In this document: positions 1 to 9,741 of the stretch, piece after piece
Layout of the letters: every line of letters starts with the position of its first letter
Position numbering within the stretch: position 1 is the stretch's first letter
Origin: a virus
Lineage: Duplodnaviria; Heunggongvirae; Uroviricota; Caudoviricetes
IMG/VR virus record: IMGVR_UViG_2648501787_000004
Location: 1 to 22,547 of that record
Length of the DNA: 22,547 nucleotides
Direction: 5' to 3' (one strand)
The notes under the pieces: model-generated
What the model was told of the DNA's origin: nothing
Database searches by the model: none
The model's input: only the letters and a program-made list of their open reading frames with translations
Program-made: the position numbers and the translations under genes

Positions 1-121
<121 letters not shown>

Positions 122-139
122 TTATCCAGGTTATAAAAT

Positions 140-3100
140 TCAACTGATACTGATACCTGCTGTTGATTTCTTCATCACCACAACCAGTAAATCGCTGATA
201 CTTGCTGTGGGATACCAGCCATTTACCAGCCATGCTGACACAGAAAATTCCAGCGTCATGTGACCGTGACCGGCAGGCATATCAATAACGCCACTGTAAA
301 TCAGCGTATTATCCAGCGCAGTACGGTTATAAATTTCAGCACCGTTTTTCCGCACTATCAGACGGCATGAGGAGTAAATATCAGTATGATTTCGCTCATG
401 CTTAGCGCCGCTGAATGCCACCGCCGGAATAACAATCTGTCGGTCAAACGGCTGATCGTCATAAATCCTGACGGTAATGGTCCCTGATGGCCACCGTTCC
501 GGTGCTCGGGAGTCCCGGGGGAAAGCTTTACCCACTGTTTTAACGAGATCGCCTTCAATCTGGTTCGCGGACAGTTTTCCCAGAACCCGGCAGTTCTTGT
601 TAATCGTGACGTTGTTGAGCGTCCCGGCGTTCGCATTCACGTTACCGCTGATATCCGCATTTCTCGCCGTCAGTCGCCCGTCCGGTGTCAGGGAAAATGC
701 CGGAGGATTGCCACCACTGGTAATGGTGGGGGCCGTCAGGCGTTTCAGGAACACGTCATTCATGAATATCTGATCACCCTGCGCCACAAACATCGGCGTT
801 TCATTTCCGTTTGCCGGGTCAATAAACGCGATACGGTTAGCGGCAACCAGGAACTGGCTCAGTTTACCTTCCTCCGTGTCCTCCATGCTGAGGCCAATAC
901 CCGCGACATAATGTTTGCCGTCTTTGGTCTGCTCAATTTTGACGCCCCACATGGCATTCCATTTATCGTTGGCATCTTTCCACTCTTTCGAAAACTCCTC
1001 CAGTTTGCTGGCGTTATCCTCCGTCAACTCGACTTTTTCCAGCAGCTCTTTACCGAGATGGGATTCGGTTATCTGGCCTTTGAAAAAATCCAGGTAACCT
1101 TCGGCATCATCGCTCGCCCGACCGACAGCCTCCACAAATGCCGATTTGCCAACGGTGTTCACACTGCGGATGTAAAAATAATAATCATGGCCCGGTTTGA
1201 TATTGATACTGGCAGCTATCCAGTACAGCGCCGTGCCAAGATAGCGGGCTGTAGTTTCAACCTGCCTGATATCCGCAATCCGCTTTTCCGAGAACCAGAA
1301 CTCAAACTGTACCGTCGGATCATAAACGGCAAGATGGGGCGTGGCGGTTATCTGAAAATAGCCCGGCGTCAGCTCAATCCGCGACGGCGCTGCCGGTGCG
1401 GCAATCCGGAACGATACCGATGCAGGATCGCCCTGCTGCCCCCAGGCATTTGCCGCCCGGACTGTCAGCCTGTAGCTTCCCAGCGCCAGCTGCCTGAAGC
1501 GGTATGTGGTTTCCGTCGTCCGGGCCGTGCTGACCAGCCGCTCACTGCCGTCATCCGCTGCCACGGTCAGGCGAAGCATAAAGCTCACACCCTTCACCAC
1601 CTTCGGCGTATCCCAGCGCGCCAGCACCTGATATTCCCCGCTGTCTGCGGTGACTTCTGCGGTCAGGTGCTGCACCGCTGGCGGCGTGACACCATTCACC
1701 GTGCCACTCTGTTCGCCGTCAAAGTGCGCCCCGTTATCCACGATGGCCTCTTTTTCCGGCACATGCTGCACGGCGGTGATGGCATACGTGCCGTCGTCGT
1801 TCTCACGGATACTCACGCAGCGGAACAGTCGCTGGCGCAGCGTCGGCAGCTTCAGCCCCCATACGCTGTATTCAGCAACACCGTCAGGAACACGGCTCAC
1901 TTTTACCTTCACGCCGTCGGTGACGGACTGAACCTCCACGCTGACCGGATTGCCACTTCCGTCAACCAGGCTTATCAGCGTGGTACCGGAGGATGGCAGC
2001 GTGATTTCACGGTCGAGCGTCAGCGTCCGGGTCTGGCTGTTCACCGCCAGCACACGACCACCGATGCTGATACCGGCATAGTCATCATCACAGATTTCAA
2101 TAACATCGCCCGGCACATGGCGAAGCCCTTCTGCGCCCACGCTGAAATCCACGGTCTGCGTTTCCAGCAGTTCCGTTTTAATCAGCCACAGCCCGGCGCG
2201 GTGTGCCTGCCCCCGACTGGTACAACCAAAGGCATCCATCTTCGTGACATTACGACCGTAACGGGCAATGGCCTGCGTATCCTCAACAAGCTCTGTCGCC
2301 GTCTCCCAGCCGTTATCCGGGTCAATCCAGTTCACCTCAACGGCATTATGGCGATCCTTCAGGGCGCTGAAACTGTAGCGGAACGGCGCGCCATCATCCG
2401 GCATCACCACATTACTGCGGTTATAGGTCCACACCTTATCCGATGGCCGGTCCTGCACGAACGTCAGCGTCTGCCCGTTCCATACCGGCATACAGCGCAT
2501 CGCCGAACAGAAATCACTGAGCACATCCCACGCCTTGCGCTGTGTGGTCAGCCAGGCATTACAGGTGATGCGCGGCTCCGTGCTGCCAAAGCCGTCCGGC
2601 ACCGACTGGTCGCAGTAGTGGCCGATAACATACAGCGCCCATTTATCCACATCTGCCGCACCAAGACGTTTCCCCATGCCGTAGCGCGGGTGGGTCAGCA
2701 TATCCCACAGACACCAGGCCATGTTGTTGCTGTATGCCGGTTTAAACGTTCCGTCCCAGATACCGCTGTATTGCCGCGTCTGCGGGTTATAATTCGACGG
2801 CACCTGCAGAATACGCCCGCGCAGATGATAATTACGGCTCACCTGCTGGCTGCCGAACTGCTCCGAGTCCACCTGCACGCCGACCAGTGCCGTGTTCGGG
2901 TAGCACTGTTTCACATCGATGATTTCGGTGTATGACGACCAGAGCGTTTTGTTCTGCAGCTGGTCTGTGGTGCTGTCCGGCGTCATCCTGCGCATCCGGA
3001 TATTGAACGGGCGCGGAGGCAGGTTATCCACCACCACCGAGGCCAGATACTGCGAGGTGGTTTTGCCCTTAATGGTGATGTCTTTTTCCGTCACCCAGCC

Positions 3101-3529
3101 ACGCTGTATCTGAACCAGCAGGCGAACTTCCGACGGACTCCTGTCTCCCTTTGAGGTGGTTTCCACCAGTGCCTGTACACCGAAGGTAAAGCGCAGACGG
3201 TCGATGTTTGCCGACGTGATGGTGCGGGTGATCGGCGTGTCATATTTCACTTCCGTACCCAGCACCGTCTCGGAGCCGGAGGATTCAAACCCCTCCGGCG
3301 GAGTCTGCTCCTGCTCACCTGCCCGGAACACCACCGTGACACCGGAGATGTTGGTATTCCCCTCACTGTCCAGCACCGGCGTACTGTTCAGCAGCACGCT
3401 TTTTAAGCCATCCACCGGACCTTCAATCGGCCCTTCGCTGATGGCATCAATCACACTCAGCAACTGCGTGGACTTCAGGTTGTCCTTCGCTTCGCGCGGG
3501 GTATGCCCCTTACTGCTGCCTTTACCCAT
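140..3529 (-). CDS. J: Tail tip / host specificity protein J (central tail fibre)
   Basis: 1129-aa ORF, same size class as lambda J (~1130 aa); position after I in the lambda order; C-terminal region recognisably lambda-J-like by recall; ATG preceded by GAGGAA. Confidence 0.93.
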   Translation of the reverse strand: MGKGSSKGHTPREAKDNLKSTQLLSVIDAISEGPIEGPVDGLKSVLLNSTPVLDSEGNTNISGVTVVFRAGEQEQTPPEGFESSGSETVLGTEVKYDTPITRTITSANIDRLRFTFGVQALVETTSKGDRSPSEVRLLVQIQRGWVTEKDITIKGKTTSQYLASVVVDNLPPRPFNIRMRRMTPDSTTDQLQNKTLWSSYTEIIDVKQCYPNTALVGVQVDSEQFGSQQVSRNYHLRGRILQVPSNYNPQTRQYSGIWDGTFKPAYSNNMAWCLWDMLTHPRYGMGKRLGAADVDKWALYVIGHYCDQSVPDGFGSTEPRITCNAWLTTQRKAWDVLSDFCSAMRCMPVWNGQTLTFVQDRPSDKVWTYNRSNVVMPDDGAPFRYSFSALKDRHNAVEVNWIDPDNGWETATELVEDTQAIARYGRNVTKMDAFGCTSRGQAHRAGLWLIKTELLETQTVDFSVGAEGLRHVPGDVIEICDDDYAGISIGGRVLAVNSQTRTLTLDREITLPSSGTTLISLVDGSGNPVSVEVQSVTDGVKVKVSRVPDGVAEYSVWGLKLPTLRQRLFRCVSIRENDDGTYAITAVQHVPEKEAIVDNGAHFDGEQSGTVNGVTPPAVQHLTAEVTADSGEYQVLARWDTPKVVKGVSFMLRLTVAADDGSERLVSTARTTETTYRFRQLALGSYRLTVRAANAWGQQGDPASVSFRIAAPAAPSRIELTPGYFQITATPHLAVYDPTVQFEFWFSEKRIADIRQVETTARYLGTALYWIAASINIKPGHDYYFYIRSVNTVGKSAFVEAVGRASDDAEGYLDFFKGQITESHLGKELLEKVELTEDNASKLEEFSKEWKDANDKWNAMWGVKIEQTKDGKHYVAGIGLSMEDTEEGKLSQFLVAANRIAFIDPANGNETPMFVAQGDQIFMNDVFLKRLTAPTITSGGNPPAFSLTPDGRLTARNADISGNVNANAGTLNNVTINKNCRVLGKLSANQIEGDLVKTVGKAFPRDSRAPERWPSGTITVRIYDDQPFDRQIVIPAVAFSGAKHERNHTDIYSSCRLIVRKNGAEIYNRTALDNTLIYSGVIDMPAGHGHMTLEFSVSAWLVNGWYPTASISDLLVVVMKKSTAGISIS

Positions 3530-3551
3530 TCCTCACGCTCCATAAACGACA

Positions 3552-3571
3552 AAACCGCCCGCAGGCGGTTT
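3552..3571. promoter_or_regulatory. Conserved hairpin in the I-J intergenic region (AAACCGCC-cgca-GGCGGTTT)
   Basis: Perfect 8-bp inverted repeat with 4-nt loop; identical copy at 18395-18414. On the minus strand it is followed by a moderately T-rich tract, so it could act as an attenuator or RNA stability element; function not established. Confidence 0.3.
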
Positions 3572-3589
3572 CACATAAAACATTTTGCA

Positions 3590-4237
3590 TCAGCGACCAA
3601 TCACCACAACCTGACCACCGTCCCCTTCGTCTGCCGTGCTGATCTCCTGAGAAACCACCCGCGACCCCACACGCATTTCACCGTACAGAACAGGCAAAAC
3701 ATTGCCCTGAGCAACCATGTTATCCAGTGAGGAGAAATAGGTGTTCTGTTTGCCGTTATCTGTACTGGCTGCCGTGGGCGTCCTGGCTTTCGGTGCCAGC
3801 ATCTGCGCCACACCGCCCAGGATCATACTGGCCCCTGCCGCATACATGCCCGATACAGCCGCGGCACCCAGCCAGCCCACAGGGTTCCACCATGCCACCG
3901 CAATCAACGCCGCCCCCAGCACCACCTGAAATACACCGCCACTTTTAGCTCCCGCCAGACGCGGCACGATATGGATCACGGCACCATTTGCCAGCGGCTC
4001 ATTAAGACGGGCAGATAATTCGGTTTCACCTGCATCACGCCCGGCAATGCGCACCTGATACCAGCCGTCATTCAGCTTCTGACGAAACGCCGGGAGCTGT
4101 GTGGCCAGCGCCCGGATGGCTTCGGCCCCCGTTTTCACACGAAGGTCGATGCGGCGGCCAAATCGTTGCAAATCCCCGTAAAGGCAGATGCGTGCCATGC
4201 CCGGTGACGCCAGAGGGAGTGTGTGCGTCGCTGCCAT
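3590..4237 (-). CDS. I: Tail assembly protein I
   Basis: 215-aa ORF; N terminus MAATHTLPLASPGMARICLYGDLQRFGRRIDL... and C terminus ...NGKQNTYFSSLDNMVAQGNVLPVLYGEMRVGSRVVSQEISTADEGDGGQVVVIGR match my recollection of lambda I; overlaps the 3' end of K as in lambda. Confidence 0.9.
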   Translation of the reverse strand: MAATHTLPLASPGMARICLYGDLQRFGRRIDLRVKTGAEAIRALATQLPAFRQKLNDGWYQVRIAGRDAGETELSARLNEPLANGAVIHIVPRLAGAKSGGVFQVVLGAALIAVAWWNPVGWLGAAAVSGMYAAGASMILGGVAQMLAPKARTPTAASTDNGKQNTYFSSLDNMVAQGNVLPVLYGEMRVGSRVVSQEISTADEGDGGQVVVIGR

Positions 4238-4878
4238 TTGTCGGTATACCTCTCTCGTTTGCTCAGTTGTTCAGGAATATGGTGCAGCAGCTCGCCGTCA
4301 CCACAGTAAATGGCGGCATGATTCGGCACCGATGAACCAAAACAGCACAGCAGCACATCGCCCGGCTGCGCCGCTGACAACGGCACCTGATACAGCCTTG
4401 TGGCCTCCAGATTATCCAGATAGAGATTCTGACCGTGACGCCACCAGTCATCCCCGCGATGAAAATCCGGCATCTCAATCCCCGCCAGATGATAAGCATC
4501 CCGGAACAGCGTGTAACAGTCCGTCACCCCGTGCTCAAAGCGACGCCCGGTAAGATGCGGCACACAGCGGAATTTATGAATCTCACCCCGGCAGACCAGC
4601 CACCAAGGCAAATCGCTCTGCACCTGCAGCCGCCTGTCAGCCTCACTCAGCCAGGGCAGACCACCGGGGTGGCTGTGGACCAGCGCCACAATCTCACCCT
4701 GCATCTCTGCCCGCAGCCAGTCCTCCGGCGACATACGGAAATACGCCTCCGGTTCACCGGAGATATTCACGCAGGGAAAATATCTTTCCCCCTCCGGCGT
4801 TCTCACCACGAAGCCGCACGACTCCGCTGGCGCACATCGCCGGGCGTGCGCCAGAATCGCTGATTCTGTCTGTGTCAT
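4135..4878 (-). CDS. K: Tail assembly protein K (JAB/MPN plus NlpC/P60-type domains)
   Basis: Track ORF 4135-4953; the product probably starts at the internal Met (MTQTESAILAHARRCAPAESCGFVV..., ATG at 4878-4876) as in lambda K; the HSHPGG motif is typical of the MPN/JAB metalloprotease fold. Sits between L and I. Confidence 0.85.
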   Translation of the reverse strand: MTQTESAILAHARRCAPAESCGFVVRTPEGERYFPCVNISGEPEAYFRMSPEDWLRAEMQGEIVALVHSHPGGLPWLSEADRRLQVQSDLPWWLVCRGEIHKFRCVPHLTGRRFEHGVTDCYTLFRDAYHLAGIEMPDFHRGDDWWRHGQNLYLDNLEATRLYQVPLSAAQPGDVLLCCFGSSVPNHAAIYCGDGELLHHIPEQLSKRERYTDKWQRRTHSLWRHRAWHASAFTGICNDLAAASTFV

Positions 4879-4882
4879 GGGA

Positions 4883-5581
4883 TTACTGCGAAAGTTTGTT
4901 AATGGAAAGGAAGCCGCCAAAGTTGCCGACGTTATTGCGAAACTTACAACCACTCAGGCATTTGCTGCATTTATCCTTCGTGATATCGGACGTCGGCTGG
5001 TCATATTCATCAGCGACAGCCGGACCGTGATAACCGCACTCATCACCGCGATAGGTCCAGGTGCAGGTATTAGCCAGCATGATGCGCCCCGGAAAAACAG
5101 CACCGTCCGTTTCCGTCGGCGTGGACAGTACAAAAGAGGCACTGACCGCGCTCAGTTCGCTGCACTGCTCGATGCGCCAGCGGCTGATCACCTCCTGCTC
5201 CGGATCGGCGTCACTGTTTCCGTTGACGAAGTTCACCGCATCCAGAAAACGGGCGTAAACCTTACGCCTGACCACCGTTCCGCCGACCAGACTCTGCAGG
5301 TCTTCCGCCATCCCGGTGACCATTCCGTGCAGGTTAGAAACCGTCAGTGTCGGACGGGCAGCACTGCCCTTGCCGTTCAGTTCAAATCCCGCCCCCTGAA
5401 TGGGGTATGCCTGATACTGCCGCCCCTGCCAGGTAACCGGCTCACCTTTTTCGTTCTGCTCATTACAGAAAAAATAACGTTCACCACCGACCTCTGTCAG
5501 ATCGATTTCCCAGAGCACCACCTGGGCTGACTGAGTGAGGCGTGTCGTCTCATGATGTGTTTCCTGTGGAATATCCTGCAT
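4883..5581 (-). CDS. L: Tail tip assembly protein L
   Basis: 232 aa, near-colinear with lambda L by recall (MQDI.QET...VVLWEIDLTEVGGERYFFCNEQNEKGEPVTWQGRQYQ...CSKCLSGCKFRNNVGNFGGFLSINKLSQ). Confidence 0.9.
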   Translation of the reverse strand: MQDIPQETHHETTRLTQSAQVVLWEIDLTEVGGERYFFCNEQNEKGEPVTWQGRQYQAYPIQGAGFELNGKGSAARPTLTVSNLHGMVTGMAEDLQSLVGGTVVRRKVYARFLDAVNFVNGNSDADPEQEVISRWRIEQCSELSAVSASFVLSTPTETDGAVFPGRIMLANTCTWTYRGDECGYHGPAVADEYDQPTSDITKDKCSKCLSGCKFRNNVGNFGGFLSINKLSQ

Positions 5582-5590
5582 CAGAGCCTC

Positions 5591-5920
5591 CTATGCCACG
5601 ACCTGTTCAAAATCTGCCGTTATGGTTACCCACAACGCCCCCACGCTTGCCGACCATTTACGACAAACCACCCTGATCGGCTTCCAGTCATAAGGTGGCG
5701 TCCACTGAAATGCGCGGACGCCGCCGTGCCGTTCCAGAAAAGCTTTTAAAGATGGGTGTTCACATTTACGAACACGTATCGTCACGCTGTAAGTCGACAA
5801 CTGGTTATTCAGTCCCGCCGCACGACGCTGTTCATAACCATCGCCCAGCTTCACTGTCACCACTTTCGGCTCTGATACCACATTCATATCCGGGCGCACT
5901 TTCCAGTGAAACGTCTCCAT
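5591..5920 (-). CDS. M: Tail tip protein M
   Basis: 109 aa beginning METFHWKV...GDGY.QR...TYSV...WTPPY.W..I.V.C.KWS, matching lambda M by recall; its start codon overlaps the H stop by 1 nt. Confidence 0.9.
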   Translation of the reverse strand: METFHWKVRPDMNVVSEPKVVTVKLGDGYEQRRAAGLNNQLSTYSVTIRVRKCEHPSLKAFLERHGGVRAFQWTPPYDWKPIRVVCRKWSASVGALWVTITADFEQVVA

Positions 5921-8900
5921 TACCGATATGCTCCACTTAACCGACCACCATCACGGGCCTGCTGTTGCATAAAGTCCGCTGCCGCTTTTTTCCCAAGGTC
6001 ATAAACCACCTTCAGGGCAGCCGGACCTATCTGCCCGTTCGTGCCATCGTTATTGATCTCGATGTTGTACTGCGGGGCAAACATCGCCATACCTGAACCA
6101 CCAATATCCGCCACAACCCCCAGCTTACCGTCAGCACCACGACGCAGTGGCAGAATGGCTTCAGGTCCAGCTTCCCCCATCACACCCGCGCCTTTTGCAA
6201 AAGCAAAAAACGTCGGACGGTTAACCACCGTGCCACTGTAGCGACTCAAATCAGCAGACTGATAAACACCGCCATCCGCATTTGGTGTCACACTGGCAGC
6301 TGCTGCACTCCCCCAGCCAAACGCCGAACCAATCCCCTTCACTGCCTGCATCATGACCATCTGCGACATGATTTTTGCCAGATCAGAAAGGAGCGAGGCG
6401 GTAAAAGATCTGAAGTTCAGTTTTCCGGTGGTACAGAACGTCGCCAGTGCATTACCTGCACTGTTAAATGCCGCTGTAAACATCTGCTCAGCGGTACCTG
6501 CTGCGTTATCCGCACTCTCTGTAAAATTCTGAAACGCCCGCATGGCACCGTTTTTCCAGTCTGCCTGCATCAGTTCCTGTTCCTGCCAGTAGCGTCTGTT
6601 TTCGTTCAGTTGCCGGTTAAGGCTGTCTGTCAGCATCTGCTCAGCATTCCGGTATTCATCTGTGCCGTATGTTCCTTTCTGTTTACTGTCACGCTCCAGT
6701 TGCTCCATCTGCTGCTGATATTTTTGCTGCAGGCTGAACTGTGTCTGGTACCGCTGACGCTGCTTATCTCCCATTCCTGTTGTGGCGATATCCAGGTCAT
6801 GTTGCTGACGCAGAGCCCGTTCCTCTTCCGCCAGCTGGCTGGCAAGCTGAATGGATTTTTTCTTCAGGTCATTCAGCGCCGTCTGCTTCTGCAGCTCCTG
6901 CTGTTTTGCATCCAGCAGCGTCAGTGCCTGAATCAGCTCATCCTTATGCGCCAGCACGCTTTTTTCATCTGCTGTCAGCTTTTTACCCGCCAGGTCACTG
7001 ATACGCTGCTGCAGGGCCAGAAGCTGCTTATGCGCCTCTGTCATTTTTTCCGTGGTCAGTCCCGCGGACTGTCTGGCGGCGGCGATCTGCCCCTCCACCT
7101 GCGCCTGCTGCTGACTGTACTGCAACAGCAACCGGGTGGCTTCATCATTGCGGTTTTCAGATGTTTTTTTCTTAATGGCTTTCTCGTAACGTTCATTTTC
7201 ACGTTGTATCGCCGCATCCCTGACAGCCTGATCGGCGTACTGCATGGCATTAATACGCGCAATTTCACGCTGATGTCGTGCTGCTTCCGTTTCATTCATC
7301 CGGTTCAGTGCAGCATTTTCAGCATTACGGCGTTTCTGTTGCTCCTGATAATTCCGCTCTGCCTGCTCTTTTGCATCCTGCAAATCCTTCTGGCGTTTTT
7401 TCTCCTGAAGATCGTTAAGACGCTGCTGATCGTATTCAACCTGAGAAGATGATGCCGTCCAGGGGAGTCTTTTCGCCCGCGACACTTTCTCCTGTAAAGC
7501 GGCAATCTGTTCATCCAGCGAGTCTTCACGACCAATATTCATGGCCGCATCCCAGAAACGACTCCATAAATCAGACAGATACTTCAGCGTACTGCCCAGC
7601 GCATTGAGGTTATTATCAATATCCGCAGTACGCCGACCGGTTTCCTCTGCCAGTGCAGACATGGCTATCCGTGCCGCATCACTGGACCGCCCCTGATCCC
7701 CAAGGACGCGTATCTGCTCAAGCTGAGTGGCAGTAAGAAAATGCAGCTCATTGTCCAGAGCCTTCGCGGCATTTACAGGATCATCCTTCAGCCGCTTAAA
7801 CTGATTTATGGTATCGCTGACCGACTGGCCAACCGATCGCTCCATCTTTGCGGCAGCTCTCGCCACCATACCGATATCGTTTCCACGAAATGCACCACTC
7901 CCCACCACCTGAGCCAGCGCACCGGCTGCAGCATGTTGCGTGATACCATTCCCGGAAATAGCACGACTGAGCGTCCACAGCTGCCCGGCAGTGACTCCGG
8001 CATAATGCCCCGTCAGTGACAGCTGGCGGTTAAATTCTTCCCCCTCCTTCTGACCGTCATACCAGGCTTTACCCAGACCATAGACGGCCGCGGCAATACC
8101 GCCAATAACCCCGCCCAGCATCATGCCTTTCGGTGACATCAATGTGTCTATCCACCCGGCACGGTTAGCCAGCGTTATTCCGGATCCCCTCAGCGCACCT
8201 AAATTTCCGCGGGCCAGTTCACCTATCAGAACGCCTATCTCCTGACGGGCCGCTGCACTTTTCAGACCCAGCGAATGCGTGGCTTTTCCTGCCTGCTCCA
8301 TTTTGCGGATATACACTTCTGCAGCACTGCTTACCCCCAGCTGGGCAGCCTTAGCACGAAGCAACTCAGAAGAAGAAAGATTCTGGCGGGTTGCCTGCTC
8401 TTTAAGCTGACGGATAAACGCCACTTTCTGTCGGGTAGCCTCTTCCTCAGCCTGTGTAAGAACACGGGTTTTCGCCGTAACCTCAGAAATCAGCGCCAGA
8501 TAATCCTGCTGACCAATCCCGCCACTGTTTCTGGCCTGTCGGATCTGCTGCTGAATACGCTGTAATTCCTGCAGCCCCGCACTGGCCTGTTTCACACTGT
8601 CAATCTGACGATAAAACGCAGCAGCCGCTTTATCCTGAGCCTCCGCCAGAGCCATGGCCTGCGCCTGTTCCTCGCGCATTTTCTGGCTCAGCGCCTCCAT
8701 GCGCTGGCGGGTTTTCTCCACCTCGCGGGCCATGCGTTCATGAGCCTGTGCGTTCTTCTCCACCGTCTGCGCATGGACGGATGCGGCTGTTGCAGCCGAA
8801 GAAGCCGCCTGCGTTGTCTGCCGGGCGGCCTGAGTCTGACGCTCCATAAAACGCTGCATACGGGCAGAAGACCGTTCTGCATCGCTGGCTGCACCATTCA

Positions 8901-8985
8901 GAAGGTTTTTGATACGGGGAATTTCATTTTTAAACTCTGCCGCATCAATCCCCAAATCAATGACCAGGTTGGCTATCTGGTCCAT
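5920..8985 (-). CDS. H: Tail tape measure protein H
   Basis: Track ORF 5920-9015 (1031 aa); the probable start is the internal Met (MDQIANLVIDLGIDAAEFK, cf. lambda MAEPVGDLVVDLSLDAARF); C terminus ...INNDGTNGQIGPAALKVVYD...ARDGGRLSGAYR is lambda-H-like; long Q/E/R/A-rich coiled-coil centre typical of tape measure proteins. Confidence 0.88.
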   Translation of the reverse strand: MDQIANLVIDLGIDAAEFKNEIPRIKNLLNGAASDAERSSARMQRFMERQTQAARQTTQAASSAATAASVHAQTVEKNAQAHERMAREVEKTRQRMEALSQKMREEQAQAMALAEAQDKAAAAFYRQIDSVKQASAGLQELQRIQQQIRQARNSGGIGQQDYLALISEVTAKTRVLTQAEEEATRQKVAFIRQLKEQATRQNLSSSELLRAKAAQLGVSSAAEVYIRKMEQAGKATHSLGLKSAAARQEIGVLIGELARGNLGALRGSGITLANRAGWIDTLMSPKGMMLGGVIGGIAAAVYGLGKAWYDGQKEGEEFNRQLSLTGHYAGVTAGQLWTLSRAISGNGITQHAAAGALAQVVGSGAFRGNDIGMVARAAAKMERSVGQSVSDTINQFKRLKDDPVNAAKALDNELHFLTATQLEQIRVLGDQGRSSDAARIAMSALAEETGRRTADIDNNLNALGSTLKYLSDLWSRFWDAAMNIGREDSLDEQIAALQEKVSRAKRLPWTASSSQVEYDQQRLNDLQEKKRQKDLQDAKEQAERNYQEQQKRRNAENAALNRMNETEAARHQREIARINAMQYADQAVRDAAIQRENERYEKAIKKKTSENRNDEATRLLLQYSQQQAQVEGQIAAARQSAGLTTEKMTEAHKQLLALQQRISDLAGKKLTADEKSVLAHKDELIQALTLLDAKQQELQKQTALNDLKKKSIQLASQLAEEERALRQQHDLDIATTGMGDKQRQRYQTQFSLQQKYQQQMEQLERDSKQKGTYGTDEYRNAEQMLTDSLNRQLNENRRYWQEQELMQADWKNGAMRAFQNFTESADNAAGTAEQMFTAAFNSAGNALATFCTTGKLNFRSFTASLLSDLAKIMSQMVMMQAVKGIGSAFGWGSAAAASVTPNADGGVYQSADLSRYSGTVVNRPTFFAFAKGAGVMGEAGPEAILPLRRGADGKLGVVADIGGSGMAMFAPQYNIEINNDGTNGQIGPAALKVVYDLGKKAAADFMQQQARDGGRLSGAYR

Positions 8986-9319
8986 AACGCACACCTCCGG
9001 AAATACCTTCCCCAAGATGCATCAGTTCTTCGTCCGTTCGCTCCGGTATCCCGTTCTCTTCCGGTAAAAGGCTGAAATCAGCCACCGCAGCATCACTGCT
9101 GCCGGACACCATTCTCACGATCAATGCCTTCAGCGAGGCAAACTGCGCATCCATCCACACATCACTGAAGCTCTGCATCCGGAAATAATCGCCCCACTCC
9201 CCAAGCTCAGTGGCCGACATTTCCGACAGCATCCGCCGCCAGTCTGCCCGCCGGAACTCCCGGGCAAGCCGCATGACAAACTGCATTTCCCGCGTCAGGA
9301 CTTTTCCGGCGTCAGCACC
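8957..9319 (-). CDS. T: T segment of the tail assembly chaperone G-T fusion (reached by -1 frameshift from G)
   Basis: The -1 frame relative to G is open from 9319 (just after an in-frame TGA at 9320-9322) to 8957, overlaps the last 7 codons of G, and ends inside the start of H; classic G/T arrangement upstream of the tape measure gene. The stand-alone ATG at 9286 is probably not used. Confidence 0.7.
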   Translation of the reverse strand, partial: GADAGKVLTREMQFVMRLAREFRRADWRRMLSEMSATELGEWGDYFRMQSFSDVWMDAQFASLKALIVRMVSGSSDAAVADFSLLPEENGIPERTDEELMHLGEGISGGVRYGPDSQPGH

Positions 9320-9684
9320 TCATGCTCCAAATCCCCGGCATTCTCAATGGCTCCCATACCGCTCAGCGACAGAACCATCTCCGCCCCCGCACCCAGGGCA
9401 TCATACGACCATGTTGTAATTACGGATGCGCAAAGCGTCTCAACATCCTGAGACTGTTCCGCATTCCACAGTGAGCGGGAAACCAGCCAGGCATTGATAT
9501 CCATCCCCATCCGCAGAAAAGCAATCTGTCGTTCAGCCTCCGGCAGTTCTCCCTCTTCGGCATCAAACTTTGCCGTTCGCTGCTGAACAAACGCCAGATA
9601 TTCAATTCTCTGCAGCCCGGACAGCTCACTGAGCACCACGGACTGCTTTTCATAATTAAACGTGCCCTGTTTCAGAAACATCAT
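9295..9684 (-). CDS. G: Tail assembly chaperone G
   Basis: Track ORF 9295-9723; the probable start is MMFLKQGTFNYEKQSVVLSELSGLQRIEYLA (cf. lambda G MFLK...LSELSALQRIEHLA) at ATG 9684, with GGTGGAG 5 nt upstream; position between V and T/H. Confidence 0.85.
   Translation of the reverse strand: MMFLKQGTFNYEKQSVVLSELSGLQRIEYLAFVQQRTAKFDAEEGELPEAERQIAFLRMGMDINAWLVSRSLWNAEQSQDVETLCASVITTWSYDALGAGAEMVLSLSGMGAIENAGDLEHEVLTPEKS
9301..9307 (-). promoter_or_regulatory. Candidate -1 slippery site for the G-T frameshift (G GAA AAG in the G frame)
   Basis: Only 7 G codons overlap the open -1 frame (9298-9319). Within them, GAA AAG (zero frame) can re-pair as GGA AAA after a -1 slip; lambda uses G GGA AAG. 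The heptamer is non-canonical at one position, so the assignment is tentative. Confidence 0.4.
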
Positions 9685-9696
9685 GTTCTCCACCTG

Positions 9697-9720
9697 CAAA
9701 AAAGCCCCGGATAACCGGGG
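9697..9720 (-). terminator. Intrinsic terminator / attenuator between V and G
   Basis: Minus strand: CCCCGG-ttat-CCGGGG stem-loop (9705-9720) followed by C TTTTTT G (9698-9703), located in the gap between the V stop (9742) and the G RBS. Confidence 0.5.
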
Positions 9721-9741
9721 CAAATGATGAGTATCGTCCTG

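Larger units (their letters stand above)
3536..4286. repeat. Copy A of a ~750-bp direct repeat (K 3' end + I + I-J intergenic hairpin); copy B at 18372-19133
   Basis: Direct comparison of the two loci: same flanking intergenic sequence (gacaaaaccgcccgcaggcggtttcacataaaacattttgcatcagcgaccaatcaccacaacctgaccaccgtc) and same K/I overlap sequence; similarity ends at ~3536/18372 and ~4286/19133. Confidence 0.8.

Noticed and set aside
911-2935. 674-aa plus-strand ORF
   Set aside because: Lies entirely antisense to the well-supported J gene; its product is Arg/His/Cys/Pro-rich low-complexity sequence typical of a shadow ORF; no RBS context; every other gene in the region is on the minus strand.
4877-5530. 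217-aa plus-strand ORF
   Set aside because: Antisense to L, which is near-identical to lambda L along its full length.
6610-7452. 280-aa plus-strand ORF
   Set aside because: Antisense to the tape measure gene H; Leu/Phe/Cys-rich translation typical of the reverse frame of a Gln/Glu/Ala-rich coiled-coil gene.
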